Source: Candidatus Zambryskiibacteriota bacterium (GTDB taxonomy: Bacteria; Patescibacteriota; Minisyncoccia; Phycocordibacterales; WO2-35-19). Taken from it: a stretch of 44,903 bases of DNA. Positions 7,295-14,835 of the stretch are shown here, in pieces. The position numbers and the translations under genes are program-made. The DNA lies in contig JAZDOB010000031.1 of assembly GCA_043799105.1 (NCBI GenBank), positions 1 through 44,903 on the forward strand, given 5' to 3'. Below the pieces are notes generated by a model, which was given only the letters and a program-made list of their open reading frames with translations, made no database searches and was not told where the DNA came from. Numbering within the stretch: position 1 is the first letter of the stretch; each line of letters begins with the position of its first letter.

Positions 7295-9721
7295 TTAACT
7301 CATCTCTCCCCAGTTTTTGCCAAAAACGGAATTCACTATTATCGGTATGCCCGAAATTTTATCGGGAGAAATAATGTCTTGCATAATCTTTCTTATCTTT
7401 GGAGTTATTTCCGTGACCAAATCCTCGGTTATCTCATATATGAGCTCGTCATGAATTTGCAAAATTAAATGAACTTTTTCTTCCAGTTTATTTTCTTTCA
7501 AAAAATCGTCAACTCTCTTCATGGCAATCTTTATAATATCGGCCGAAGTGCCTTGTATGGGCGCATTGATAGCCATCCTTTCGGCAGAGGCCCTAATGAA
7601 AGGAATCTTTGATTTTATACCTTCAAAATATCTACGCCTTCCAAAAAATGTTTTGGTGTAGCCGAGTTTGTTTGCCTCCTCTTTTGTACGATCCAGATAT
7701 CTAGCCAAGCCGTGGAATTTTTCAAAATAAGCATTATAAAATTCCTGAGCTATTTTCCTGTCAGAGCCGAGATTTTGTGCCAAAGCGTTTACTCCCATAC
7801 CATAAAGAATGCCGAAGTTTATTATTTTAGCCCGTCGACGCATCTCTTTGGTTACTTCTTCTTTCGGCACATTAAAAACATAAGAGGCCACACTCTCGTG
7901 AACATCTTCGCCCGATTTAAAAATTTTGATAAACTTTTCTTCACTGGAGAGAAAAGCGGCAATCCTAAGTTCTATCTGGGAATAATCAAAAGCAACCAGA
8001 CTAAATCCTTTGGGAGCAAGAAAGGCCTTGCGAATAACCATGCCTTTATCAGAACTTACGGGAATATTTTGCAAATTGGGATTGCTGGAAGCCATGCGAC
8101 CAGTAGTGGTACCGGTTTGTATGAAATGAGCGTGGAGTCTGCCTTCTTTGTCTACCATTTTTGGTATTGGTTCTATGTAAGTAGACACCAGTTTGGAAAG
8201 CTCTCTGTATTCAAGAATCATAGGAATAATAGGGTGCAAATCCTTCATTTTTTGGAGTTCGGACTCTTTGGTTGATTTGGCTCCGGTGCTGGTTTTTTTC
8301 TGATATTTGACGCTTAGATTCAATTTGTTAAAAAGTATTTCTCCTAACTGTTTGGGTGACGAGATATTGAACTCTACTCCCGCTTCCTTCCATACTTTCT
8401 TTTTTATCTCTCCCAGTGTTCTTGAATAATCTTTGTTCAATTTTTGTAAAAAATCTGTATCTATAACGACCCCACGCTTTTCCATTTTTTTGATTATAGG
8501 GATAAGAGGTTTTTCTATTTCCTCAAAAACAGACCCACTTTCTCTTTTTTTGAGTTCTGCCAAAATAATTTCTTTGGCTTTTTCAAAATTATCGGTGCCG
8601 GCAAAATTTGAAATGTCTTCTAAATCCGGATTTGTTTTATTTGAATCAACTACCCAGAGAGCTACTTTCAACTCCTCCAAATCCTTAACCTCATCCCCGA
8701 CCCTTCCCCTAGACGCAGGGGAAGGGAGAGGGGTAAGGGGTGAGGTCTTTTTATTCAGCACTGTTCTAAGCCTCTCCCCCATATTTCTAAACTCTAATTG
8801 TCCAAAAAGCGTTTCCGCTTTTTTAAAATCCAAACCTTCTTTCCATTTTTGCTCCGGCAAAATGAAATCAATAGGCGCGTCTCTCCTTATGGTTGCCAGC
8901 ATTTTGCTAAACTTGGCTTCTTCTTCGCCATTTTTTAACAATTCTATAATCCCTTTCCTTATGCCTTTCTCTTCAAGTTTTTTGGGATCCTTTTTCAAAG
9001 TCTTGTAAATATTCTCTATACTGCCAAAATTTTTTATAAGATCTGTTGCGCTCTTCTCCCCCACTCCGGCAATGCCTATAATGTTGTCAGACGGATCACC
9101 TCTCAAACCCTTGAAATCAGCCAAAAGCTCCGGCTCAAAACCAAATCTTTCTTCCACCGCCTTCTCGTCATACAAGATTGTTTCTTTAATTCCTTTTTTT
9201 AAAGTATAGACCTTCACGCTTCCGCTCCTGCCTTTGGCGTCGTCAACGAGTTGCATGGTATCCATATCTCCGGAAGCAATAATTATATCCAAACCGTTGT
9301 TTCTCATTTTTTCAACAATAGTGCCAAGCATATCATCGGCTTCAAAACCTTCTTTGGAATAAATGGGGATGTTCAATGCCTCGCAAATTTGTTTTGATTT
9401 CTCTAGCTGAACCGAGAGTTCATCGTCGGTTTTGGCGCGCCCCGCTTTGTATCCTTCGTAAACTTCGTGCCTGTAAGTGGGCTTGGGCAAATCGTAGCAA
9501 GCCACTATATAATCCGGCTTCAAATCCGTAGCAATTTTTAAAACCATAAGCACCAATCCATAAAGCGCCCCCGTCGGCTCACCACTGCTCGTCGCAAAAT
9601 CCGGCAGAGCATGATACGCCCTGTGAATTATCGCATGCGCATCAAGCAACACTAACTTCTCACTTGTCCCGCGTAGCTTTAGCGAAGTGGGATTATTTTT
9701 TTGTTCCTTCTCCTTTTTCAT
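7295..9721 (-). CDS. polA: DNA polymerase I
   Basis: 808 aa. 5'-nuclease domain (LLDAHAIIHRAYHAL, GIAGVGEKSA) and family A polymerase motifs (DYSQIELRI, RRRAKIINFGILYGM, QIHDEL). Contains in-frame repeat inserts at 8689-8747 and 9663-9691. Confidence 0.95.
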   Translation of the reverse strand: MKKEKEQKNNPTSLKLRGTSEKLVLLDAHAIIHRAYHALPDFATSSGEPTGALYGLVLMVLKIATDLKPDYIVACYDLPKPTYRHEVYEGYKAGRAKTDDELSVQLEKSKQICEALNIPIYSKEGFEADDMLGTIVEKMRNNGLDIIIASGDMDTMQLVDDAKGRSGSVKVYTLKKGIKETILYDEKAVEERFGFEPELLADFKGLRGDPSDNIIGIAGVGEKSATDLIKNFGSIENIYKTLKKDPKKLEEKGIRKGIIELLKNGEEEAKFSKMLATIRRDAPIDFILPEQKWKEGLDFKKAETLFGQLEFRNMGERLRTVLNKKTSPLTPLPSPASRGRVGDEVKDLEELKVALWVVDSNKTNPDLEDISNFAGTDNFEKAKEIILAELKKRESGSVFEEIEKPLIPIIKKMEKRGVVIDTDFLQKLNKDYSRTLGEIKKKVWKEAGVEFNISSPKQLGEILFNKLNLSVKYQKKTSTGAKSTKESELQKMKDLHPIIPMILEYRELSKLVSTYIEPIPKMVDKEGRLHAHFIQTGTTTGRMASSNPNLQNIPVSSDKGMVIRKAFLAPKGFSLVAFDYSQIELRIAAFLSSEEKFIKIFKSGEDVHESVASYVFNVPKEEVTKEMRRRAKIINFGILYGMGVNALAQNLGSDRKIAQEFYNAYFEKFHGLARYLDRTKEEANKLGYTKTFFGRRRYFEGIKSKIPFIRASAERMAINAPIQGTSADIIKIAMKRVDDFLKENKLEEKVHLILQIHDELIYEITEDLVTEITPKIRKIMQDIISPDKISGIPIIVNSVFGKNWGEMS
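8689..8747 (-). repeat. GC-rich nested palindromic repeat inserted in frame in polA
   Basis: On the coding strand: gacctcaccccttacccctctcccttcccctgcgtctaggggaagggtcggggatgagg. Outer arms cctcaccc(c)/ggggatgagg, inner hairpin ttcccct/aggggaa. Encodes about 20 aa (TSPLTPLPSPASRGRVGDEV) in the linker after the 5'-nuclease domain. Confidence 0.7.
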
Positions 9722-9739
9722 TTTTGTTCACAACTTGAC

Positions 9740-9767
9740 TTGACATTATCTGTGATTTTGCTATACT
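9740..9767 (+). promoter_or_regulatory. consensus extended -10 promoter pointing into the 3' end of the MazF-like gene
   Basis: TTGACA (9740-9745), 16-nt spacer ending in TGc, TATACT (9762-9767). About 30 nt are nearly identical to 11440-11467. Confidence 0.55.
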
Positions 9768-9773
9768 TCTTTC

Positions 9774-9830
9774 TGTAAATGCTTCCCTCGTCGGAAGCCC
9801 TGAGAAGTCCCCCACAAGGGGGATTTCGTT
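9774..9830 (+). ncRNA. candidate short hairpin RNA convergent with MazF-like gene 1
   Basis: Predicted TSS near 9774. Hairpins gcttcc/ggaagc (9781-9798) and tccccc/ggggga (9808-9823), followed by TTTCGTTT. It ends at the toxin stop codon. A 41-codon ORF from ATG 9779 is an alternative reading. Confidence 0.3.
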
Positions 9831-10414
9831 TATACAATATCCCCTATTTTCAACTTTATTTCTCTAAGTTCACTACTGTCAATCCTACCCATAAACCTCA
9901 ATAACCTTTTTGCGTCAAAAAGTCTAGTCTGCGACAAAATCAAAACTGAACCGGAAAAAGAAACCAGCTTATGATAATACTTGCCATCTTTATCTTTATT
10001 TGTTGTCAGTGGAACTCCAAAAAATATATTATTATTAAATTTTCTTGTTATCAAAACCGGTCTTTCAAAATCAGAATGTTTTCCATCTTCTTCATCTCCT
10101 ATATTTTTTCCTATAGAAGCAATCCAGATTTCTCCTTTTTGGAAATAAACTCGGTTTCTCTTTGAAAGCGCCTTTTTCTTTACATTCCAATTATCAAAAC
10201 TTTGGTCTGCAATTTTTTTCAAATTAAATCTTATTCCATACTCAACTTCTATTTCCGATTTGGACATATATTCTTCTGTCTTTTCCACCGCGGTTCGAAG
10301 TGAATTAAAAGTTCCAATATTTTGTATTTCGCCATTAGATTCATAGTCTCTTTCTGATACATCAAATACATCTCCCGTTTTCTCTTTTATTAAAATAAAG
10401 TTATTTGCACTCAT
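9830..10414 (-). CDS. MazF/PemK-like toxin domain protein with ~85-aa N-terminal extension
   Basis: C-terminal 110 aa (GEIWIASIGKNIGDEEDG...RPVLITRKF...GVPLTT...LSQTRLFDAKRL) aligns by eye to the MazF fold and to the paralog 11522..11914. Confidence 0.6.
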   Translation of the reverse strand: MSANNFILIKEKTGDVFDVSERDYESNGEIQNIGTFNSLRTAVEKTEEYMSKSEIEVEYGIRFNLKKIADQSFDNWNVKKKALSKRNRVYFQKGEIWIASIGKNIGDEEDGKHSDFERPVLITRKFNNNIFFGVPLTTNKDKDGKYYHKLVSFSGSVLILSQTRLFDAKRLLRFMGRIDSSELREIKLKIGDIV

Positions 10415-10435
10415 ATTATTGTTTTAAATTAAAAA

Positions 10436-11395
10436 TTATTTTTCATTTTTTTCTTCTTCTTTCTTTTTATCTCTTTCTTCCACAAACTTTTTAACTTCTT
10501 CATAACTCATCCGTTTTGGCCAAAGCATATTTCCGTCCGCATCATAAACCGGAATCAATAAGTCCGTTTTCTCTCCAAAAGTGACCATCTGCATATCAAC
10601 AACATCTTTCAACTCTTTTTCCATTCTTTCACTGGAAGTGTCTTCTGTCTTCTGCCTCCGATAATCTATTCTCCTTTCATTTCTACGAAGAGCTCTGCTG
10701 TGATCGATACTTTCATCAATATCTAACTCTCTCTCAATTTCTTCATCAGTATATTTCCGTTTAAAAGGATAAACAATAATCCCTTTAAATTTTCTGGGGG
10801 CAACTCTAATTTTTGTCACGAATCTATTGAGAGAATGTTTCTCACCTCCAGAACGGGGATCAAACATATAAGTTTTCGACTTATAATCTATATTTTTCTC
10901 TTTAAACCATCCTCCTTTGAAATTCAGATTGCGCAAATCAAAAGCAATCGCATATCCGCCTCTTTGGACATACATATTTTCTCTGAAGGTCTCCTTTGGG
11001 TCATAATCCCTATAACGCTTAACCTCCGCAATTTCTATTTCAGTTGTTGAATCTGGTTTTGTAAAATATATGTTCGGTTGGTCTTGAACAAGTTCGTCTT
11101 TCTTGTGTTCCTTTACCTCTTTTGCCCACTCCTCTTTGCTAACTTCGGGTTTCTGTATTTTTCCAGAAACAGACCTGCCAAGAAGTCCATTGCTCAAAAC
11201 CGACTGAAGTCTAGAAATATTTCCTATTTCAGGATTAAAATAGTCGAGAATTCCAAGAATAGTAACTCCGACTCTATCTCCATTAATATCCTCCACTTTT
11301 TCCATCACCTTCTCCAAAACCTCCGGGCTTAACGGCTGGGTTTCTTGGGATTCTTCCGGTTTTTTGTCTTCATTTTTTGTTGGTCCTTCCATCAT
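10436..11395 (-). CDS. hypothetical protein (acidic N-terminus, Lys/Glu-rich C-terminus)
   Basis: 319-aa ORF between the two MazF-like genes. No family recognised. Confidence 0.55.
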   Translation of the reverse strand: MMEGPTKNEDKKPEESQETQPLSPEVLEKVMEKVEDINGDRVGVTILGILDYFNPEIGNISRLQSVLSNGLLGRSVSGKIQKPEVSKEEWAKEVKEHKKDELVQDQPNIYFTKPDSTTEIEIAEVKRYRDYDPKETFRENMYVQRGGYAIAFDLRNLNFKGGWFKEKNIDYKSKTYMFDPRSGGEKHSLNRFVTKIRVAPRKFKGIIVYPFKRKYTDEEIERELDIDESIDHSRALRRNERRIDYRRQKTEDTSSERMEKELKDVVDMQMVTFGEKTDLLIPVYDADGNMLWPKRMSYEEVKKFVEERDKKKEEEKNEK

Positions 11396-11439
11396 GTTTT
11401 TATTATCTTAATTCTACTCGCTTTCCCCACAAACTCACC

Positions 11440-11467
11440 TTGACAATCTTTTCAGTTTTGCTATACT
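11440..11467 (+). promoter_or_regulatory. consensus extended -10 promoter pointing into the 3' end of MazF-like gene 2
   Basis: TTGACA (11440-11445), 16-nt spacer ending in TGc, TATACT (11462-11467). Confidence 0.55.
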
Positions 11468-11473
11468 TCAAAT

Positions 11474-11555
11474 ACAAATCTCCATTAGGAGGCAACCGCT
11501 CTCGCGAAAGCGAGAGTGCAATCACTCAAAAACAGCCTTATTCAAGGCTGTTTTT
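11474..11555 (+). ncRNA. candidate ~80-nt sRNA overlapping the 3' end of MazF-like gene 2
   Basis: Hairpins ctcc/ggag and cgctctcgc/gcgagagtg, then an intrinsic terminator cagcctt-attc-aaggctg plus T5 (11528-11555). The terminator lies antisense inside the last ~11 codons of the toxin ORF. Confidence 0.4.
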
Positions 11556-11914
11556 AATTCTCTAAAAGAACCACTCCCAACTTTGTCTATTAATCTAACC
11601 AATCTCTTTGATGATATAGTTCTAGCTTGCGACAAAAGAGCCGATGTTTCAAAATCAATCGTCTCGACACTAATTTGATAGTAGTATTTGTTTTCTTTTG
11701 GCACCGAAGAACAAGGGACTCCAAATAAAAGTTCTTTGTTGAATTTTTTTATGACAACAAACGGCCTAACAAGTCTTTTGTCTTTTCCGTTCTCTTCGTG
11801 ACCAATATTTTCTCCAATGTTTGCCCACCAAATTTCTTGTTCATTAAAACCCGGTGGATTCTTTTTAAAATGTAGAAATTCTTTAATTTTTATCCATTCT
11901 AAAAATCTCTTCAT
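11522..11914 (-). CDS. MazF/PemK-like toxin
   Basis: 130 aa. EIWWANIGENIGHEENG...RPFVVIKKF...GVPCSS...LSQARTISSKRL aligns by eye to MazF. No antitoxin-like ORF upstream (tsaE is 7 nt away). Confidence 0.65.
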   Translation of the reverse strand: MKRFLEWIKIKEFLHFKKNPPGFNEQEIWWANIGENIGHEENGKDKRLVRPFVVIKKFNKELLFGVPCSSVPKENKYYYQISVETIDFETSALLSQARTISSKRLVRLIDKVGSGSFRELKTALNKAVFE

Positions 11915-11921
11915 CTTTTTA

Positions 11922-12362
11922 TTATAAACTGTTTATGCTTATTTTCCTCTCCGTTTCAGAAACATGTTCAAATTTTATCACAATATGCTTTGGCAAGATT
12001 TTGGCAATGCGTTCCGGCCATTCTATGCAAATCAAATTTTTAGGGTCGGCAATAATTTCATTCCAACCCAGATTCAACATCTCTTCTTCTTTTTCTATCC
12101 TGTACGCATCTATATGTATAAGTTTATCAAAGGAGAGGTTGGGGGTGAGGTCATATATTTTCTCAATAACAAAAGTGGGGCTTTTGATTGTTTCTTTAAT
12201 TCCAAAATTTTCAGCCAAATATTTCATAAAAGTAGTCTTGCCACTTCCCAACTCTCCATACAATCCTACAATAGTCGCCACTTTTTCGTTGGATTTGAGG
12301 TTATTGGCAAAACCGGTGGCTATTTCGGCTGTTTCTGCCACACTTTTAGATAAAAACTCCAT
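11922..12362 (-). CDS. tsaE: tRNA t6A37 biosynthesis ATPase TsaE
   Basis: GELGSGKTTF P-loop, SPTFVI, HIDAYRI and IEWPE motifs are typical of TsaE/YjeE. Confidence 0.85.
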   Translation of the reverse strand: MEFLSKSVAETAEIATGFANNLKSNEKVATIVGLYGELGSGKTTFMKYLAENFGIKETIKSPTFVIEKIYDLTPNLSFDKLIHIDAYRIEKEEEMLNLGWNEIIADPKNLICIEWPERIAKILPKHIVIKFEHVSETERKISINSL

Positions 12363-12440
12363 CCTGTTAGAAATAGGAAATATTATTTCCGTAGTTAATT
12401 TTAATATACCAGAATCTCGTTAGTATATTTCTAACGGGAT
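12361..12440 (-). repeat. TIR element copy A (80 bp)
   Basis: atcctgttagaaat (12361-12374) and atttctaacgggat (12427-12440) are inverted repeats. The left end shares its AT with the tsaE start codon. The 3' end in gene sense (ATTTCCTATTTCTAACAGGATG) resembles that of the GIY-YIG copy. Confidence 0.75.
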
Positions 12441-12502
12441 CCATACACTGATATTAGCACCCCACTTCGCTTCTCGCTACGCTCAAGCTACGCGGGACAA
12501 GT

Positions 12503-12544
12503 AAAAAAGAAAGCGCCCGGCAAGTGTAAAAACATGCCGGACGC
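12503..12544 (-). terminator. intrinsic terminator of ORF 12568..13026
   Basis: gcgcccggca (12513-12522) pairs with tgccggacgc (12535-12544) with 1 mismatch. On the - strand it is followed by TTTCTTTTTT. Confidence 0.6.
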
Positions 12545-12567
12545 TGTTGTAGGGGTCATATTTCCCC

Positions 12568-13026
12568 CTACCGTTTAGAGGCACTTGGCCGCACCACTGG
12601 CGAGCGACTTACCACCGGACGAGGCTTCGCCGGAGGACGCACTACTGGTGGACGCCGTACCACCGGACGGCTATAACCGTAGCTGTAGCTACTGTAACCA
12701 CCATAGCTCCCGCTCCGGTAACCGTAACCGGTTACTACAACTGGACGGACCGCCTTATTGGCGTCGGCCGCCTCGTTGGCGACTTTCTTGGTAGTATCGG
12801 CGTTTATTTCCGCCATTTTCCTGCACTCCTTTGCGGCATCCTTGGGCTTCATACCCATTCCCACAAAGGACGCAGCGCATGCCGTGAAATCGGCGAGTGT
12901 GATGTCATTCGCCGACGGACGAATAGCGGCTGCAATTGCCACAGAACCACTCTGGTCCTGTGCGAAAGCCGACGACGACAAAACAACAACGAGCCACAAA
13001 ATGGCCCAAAAACTAACTCTTTTCAT
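12568..13026 (-). CDS. secreted low-complexity protein, compositionally foreign (high GC)
   Basis: Signal peptide MKRVSFWAILWLVVVLSSSAFA. Gly/Tyr/Ser-rich then (R)PVV(R/S)-repeat C-terminus. GC is far above flanking DNA by eye. Own terminator. Confidence 0.6.
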   Translation of the reverse strand: MKRVSFWAILWLVVVLSSSAFAQDQSGSVAIAAAIRPSANDITLADFTACAASFVGMGMKPKDAAKECRKMAEINADTTKKVANEAADANKAVRPVVVTGYGYRSGSYGGYSSYSYGYSRPVVRRPPVVRPPAKPRPVVSRSPVVRPSASKR

Positions 13027-13105
13027 GGTATCTCCTTTTCTTAGTTAGATTAGAACACCTATCTGTATTATATCATATCCACAGAAAATTGCAAGTCCCC
13101 GTTTT

Positions 13106-13138
13106 CCCCCTCTTAAAATAAGAGGGGGCTGGGGGTGA
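13106..13138 (-). repeat. GC-rich hairpin repeat upstream of the pilB-like gene
   Basis: ccccctctt-aaaat-aagaggggg followed by ctgggggtga. On the reverse strand it reads TCACCCCCAG-CCCCCTCTT...AAGAGGGGG, like 29527-29561. Confidence 0.6.
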
Positions 13139-13155
13139 TATGTTATAATTTCTTT

Positions 13156-14835
13156 ATGGTCATAAAATTTAACGAGGACAAACAGAAACAAAAACTTGAA
13201 GAGCTTCGAGAACAAGAAGAAGAGAGTCTGGCGCAAATGATGTCTCAAAAATACGGGATACCTTACATTGACCTCTCAACTAATCCCATAAACATCGACG
13301 CTCTACGCATAGTGAAAGAGCAAGACGCCAGAGACGCAGAGATCGCCCCATTTAATATCATAAACAAAAAAGTTTCGCTAGCGGTTATCTCCCCCAACAA
13401 CGAAAAAACCGTCGCCATAATTGAAAACCTAAAAGACCGGGGCTATGTCCCCTCTTTTTTCCTGACTTCTCACAGAAATTTGGAAAAAATATGGGAACGC
13501 TACAAAGATCTCTCCTATTCAATGGAAACCAAGGGCGGGGCCCTCAATATTGAAAACTCGGAAATTCAGGACCTGGTAAAAAGCGTGAAAAACGCCGAGG
13601 ACATAAAAAAACTTATTGAATCGGTCCTGGCCCAAAAGAAAAGTTATCGCATTTCGAGAATATTGGAAATAATACTTGCCGGTGCTATTTCTATAGGCGC
13701 TTCCGATGTTCACATTGAGCCAGAAGACACTTCCGTCAGATTACGATATCGATTGGACGGAGTTTTGAATGATATTTTAAATCTTGATCATGATACTTAC
13801 AGCTTGCTTCTTTCCCGCATAAAACTCATATCCAATCTCAAACTAAATGTTAAAGGCAAGGCACAAGACGGCCGATTTAGCATAAAGCTCGGCGACATTG
13901 AAATCGAAATCCGTACTTCGCTTCTGCCCGGTGGTTATGGAGACTCGGTAGTCTTCAGAGTCTTAAATCCCAACGCCATTTCCGTACCTCTGGAAGATCT
14001 CGGTATAAACGAGAGATTGCTTGGTATTATCATGAAAGAGCTTCAAAAACCAAACGGTATGATTCTAAACACCGGTCCGACCGGTAGCGGAAAAACCACC
14101 ACCCTTTATGCTTTCCTTAAAAAGATACACACTCCGGAAATAAAAATAATCACTATTGAAAACCCGATTGAATATCATTTGAAGGGAGTTGTACAAACTC
14201 AAACCGATGAAGAAGGAGGCTATACTTTTCTGGAAGGATTGCGAAGCGCTTTGCGTCAGGACCCGGATGTGATAATGGTCGGTGAAATTCGTGACGAAGA
14301 AACCGCTGAGATCGCCATAAACTCGGCATTGACCGGCCACTTGGTTTTTTCCACTTTGCACACCAACAATGCTGCCGGCACTTTTCCTCGCCTTATTGAT
14401 CTGGGAGTCAATCCCAAAGTTATCACTTCGGCCATCAACATCGCCATGGCCCAAAGACTCCTGCGAAAACTTTGCAACAAATGCAAAAAGAAAATGGTCT
14501 TGGGAGAGACAGAGAATAAACTCATAAAAGAGGTCACCGAGAGCGTTTTGGACAAGACATATTTGAAAGGATTGGATTTCAGCAATGTTTATGAGTCTGT
14601 GGGTTGCGCCGAGTGCAATTTCACTGGTTTTAAGGGCCGAACTGGCATATATGAAGCGGTACTTACCGATGAAAAGATAGAAACAATCGTCAAAGAAAAT
14701 CCAAGTGAAAGAGAAATAAATAAAGCCGCCGAAGGCCAGGGCATTTTGACAATGAAACAGGACGGCATCATCAAAATATTGCAAGGTATGACCTCTATAG
14801 CCGAACTCAGCCGAGTCATTGATTTGGAGGAATAA
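13156..14835 (+). CDS. type II/IV secretion-family ATPase (PilB/GspE-like)
   Basis: Walker A GPTGSGKTTT, Asp/His boxes (IMVGEIRDEETA, GHLVFSTLHTN), C-terminal Cys cluster (CNKCKK...CAECNFTG). TGtTATAAT at 13141-13149 ends 6 nt before ATG 13156; the track ORF starts at GTG 13135. Confidence 0.85.
   Translation: MVIKFNEDKQKQKLEELREQEEESLAQMMSQKYGIPYIDLSTNPINIDALRIVKEQDARDAEIAPFNIINKKVSLAVISPNNEKTVAIIENLKDRGYVPSFFLTSHRNLEKIWERYKDLSYSMETKGGALNIENSEIQDLVKSVKNAEDIKKLIESVLAQKKSYRISRILEIILAGAISIGASDVHIEPEDTSVRLRYRLDGVLNDILNLDHDTYSLLLSRIKLISNLKLNVKGKAQDGRFSIKLGDIEIEIRTSLLPGGYGDSVVFRVLNPNAISVPLEDLGINERLLGIIMKELQKPNGMILNTGPTGSGKTTTLYAFLKKIHTPEIKIITIENPIEYHLKGVVQTQTDEEGGYTFLEGLRSALRQDPDVIMVGEIRDEETAEIAINSALTGHLVFSTLHTNNAAGTFPRLIDLGVNPKVITSAINIAMAQRLLRKLCNKCKKKMVLGETENKLIKEVTESVLDKTYLKGLDFSNVYESVGCAECNFTGFKGRTGIYEAVLTDEKIETIVKENPSEREINKAAEGQGILTMKQDGIIKILQGMTSIAELSRVIDLEE

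Noticed and set aside
7712-9008. Long antisense ORFs inside polA (7712..8275, 8433..9008) and similar ones inside pilB, the DGR target, virB4 and the VirB6-like gene
   Set aside because: They lie entirely within strongly supported genes on the opposite strand. Their composition is low-complexity Ser/Phe/Leu-rich, typical of antisense frames of Lys/Glu-rich AT-rich genes.
12585-13048. Plus-strand ORFs 12585..12794 and 12758..13048
   Set aside because: They are shadow frames typical of a high-GC segment. The minus-strand ORF has a signal peptide, a start context and a terminator.
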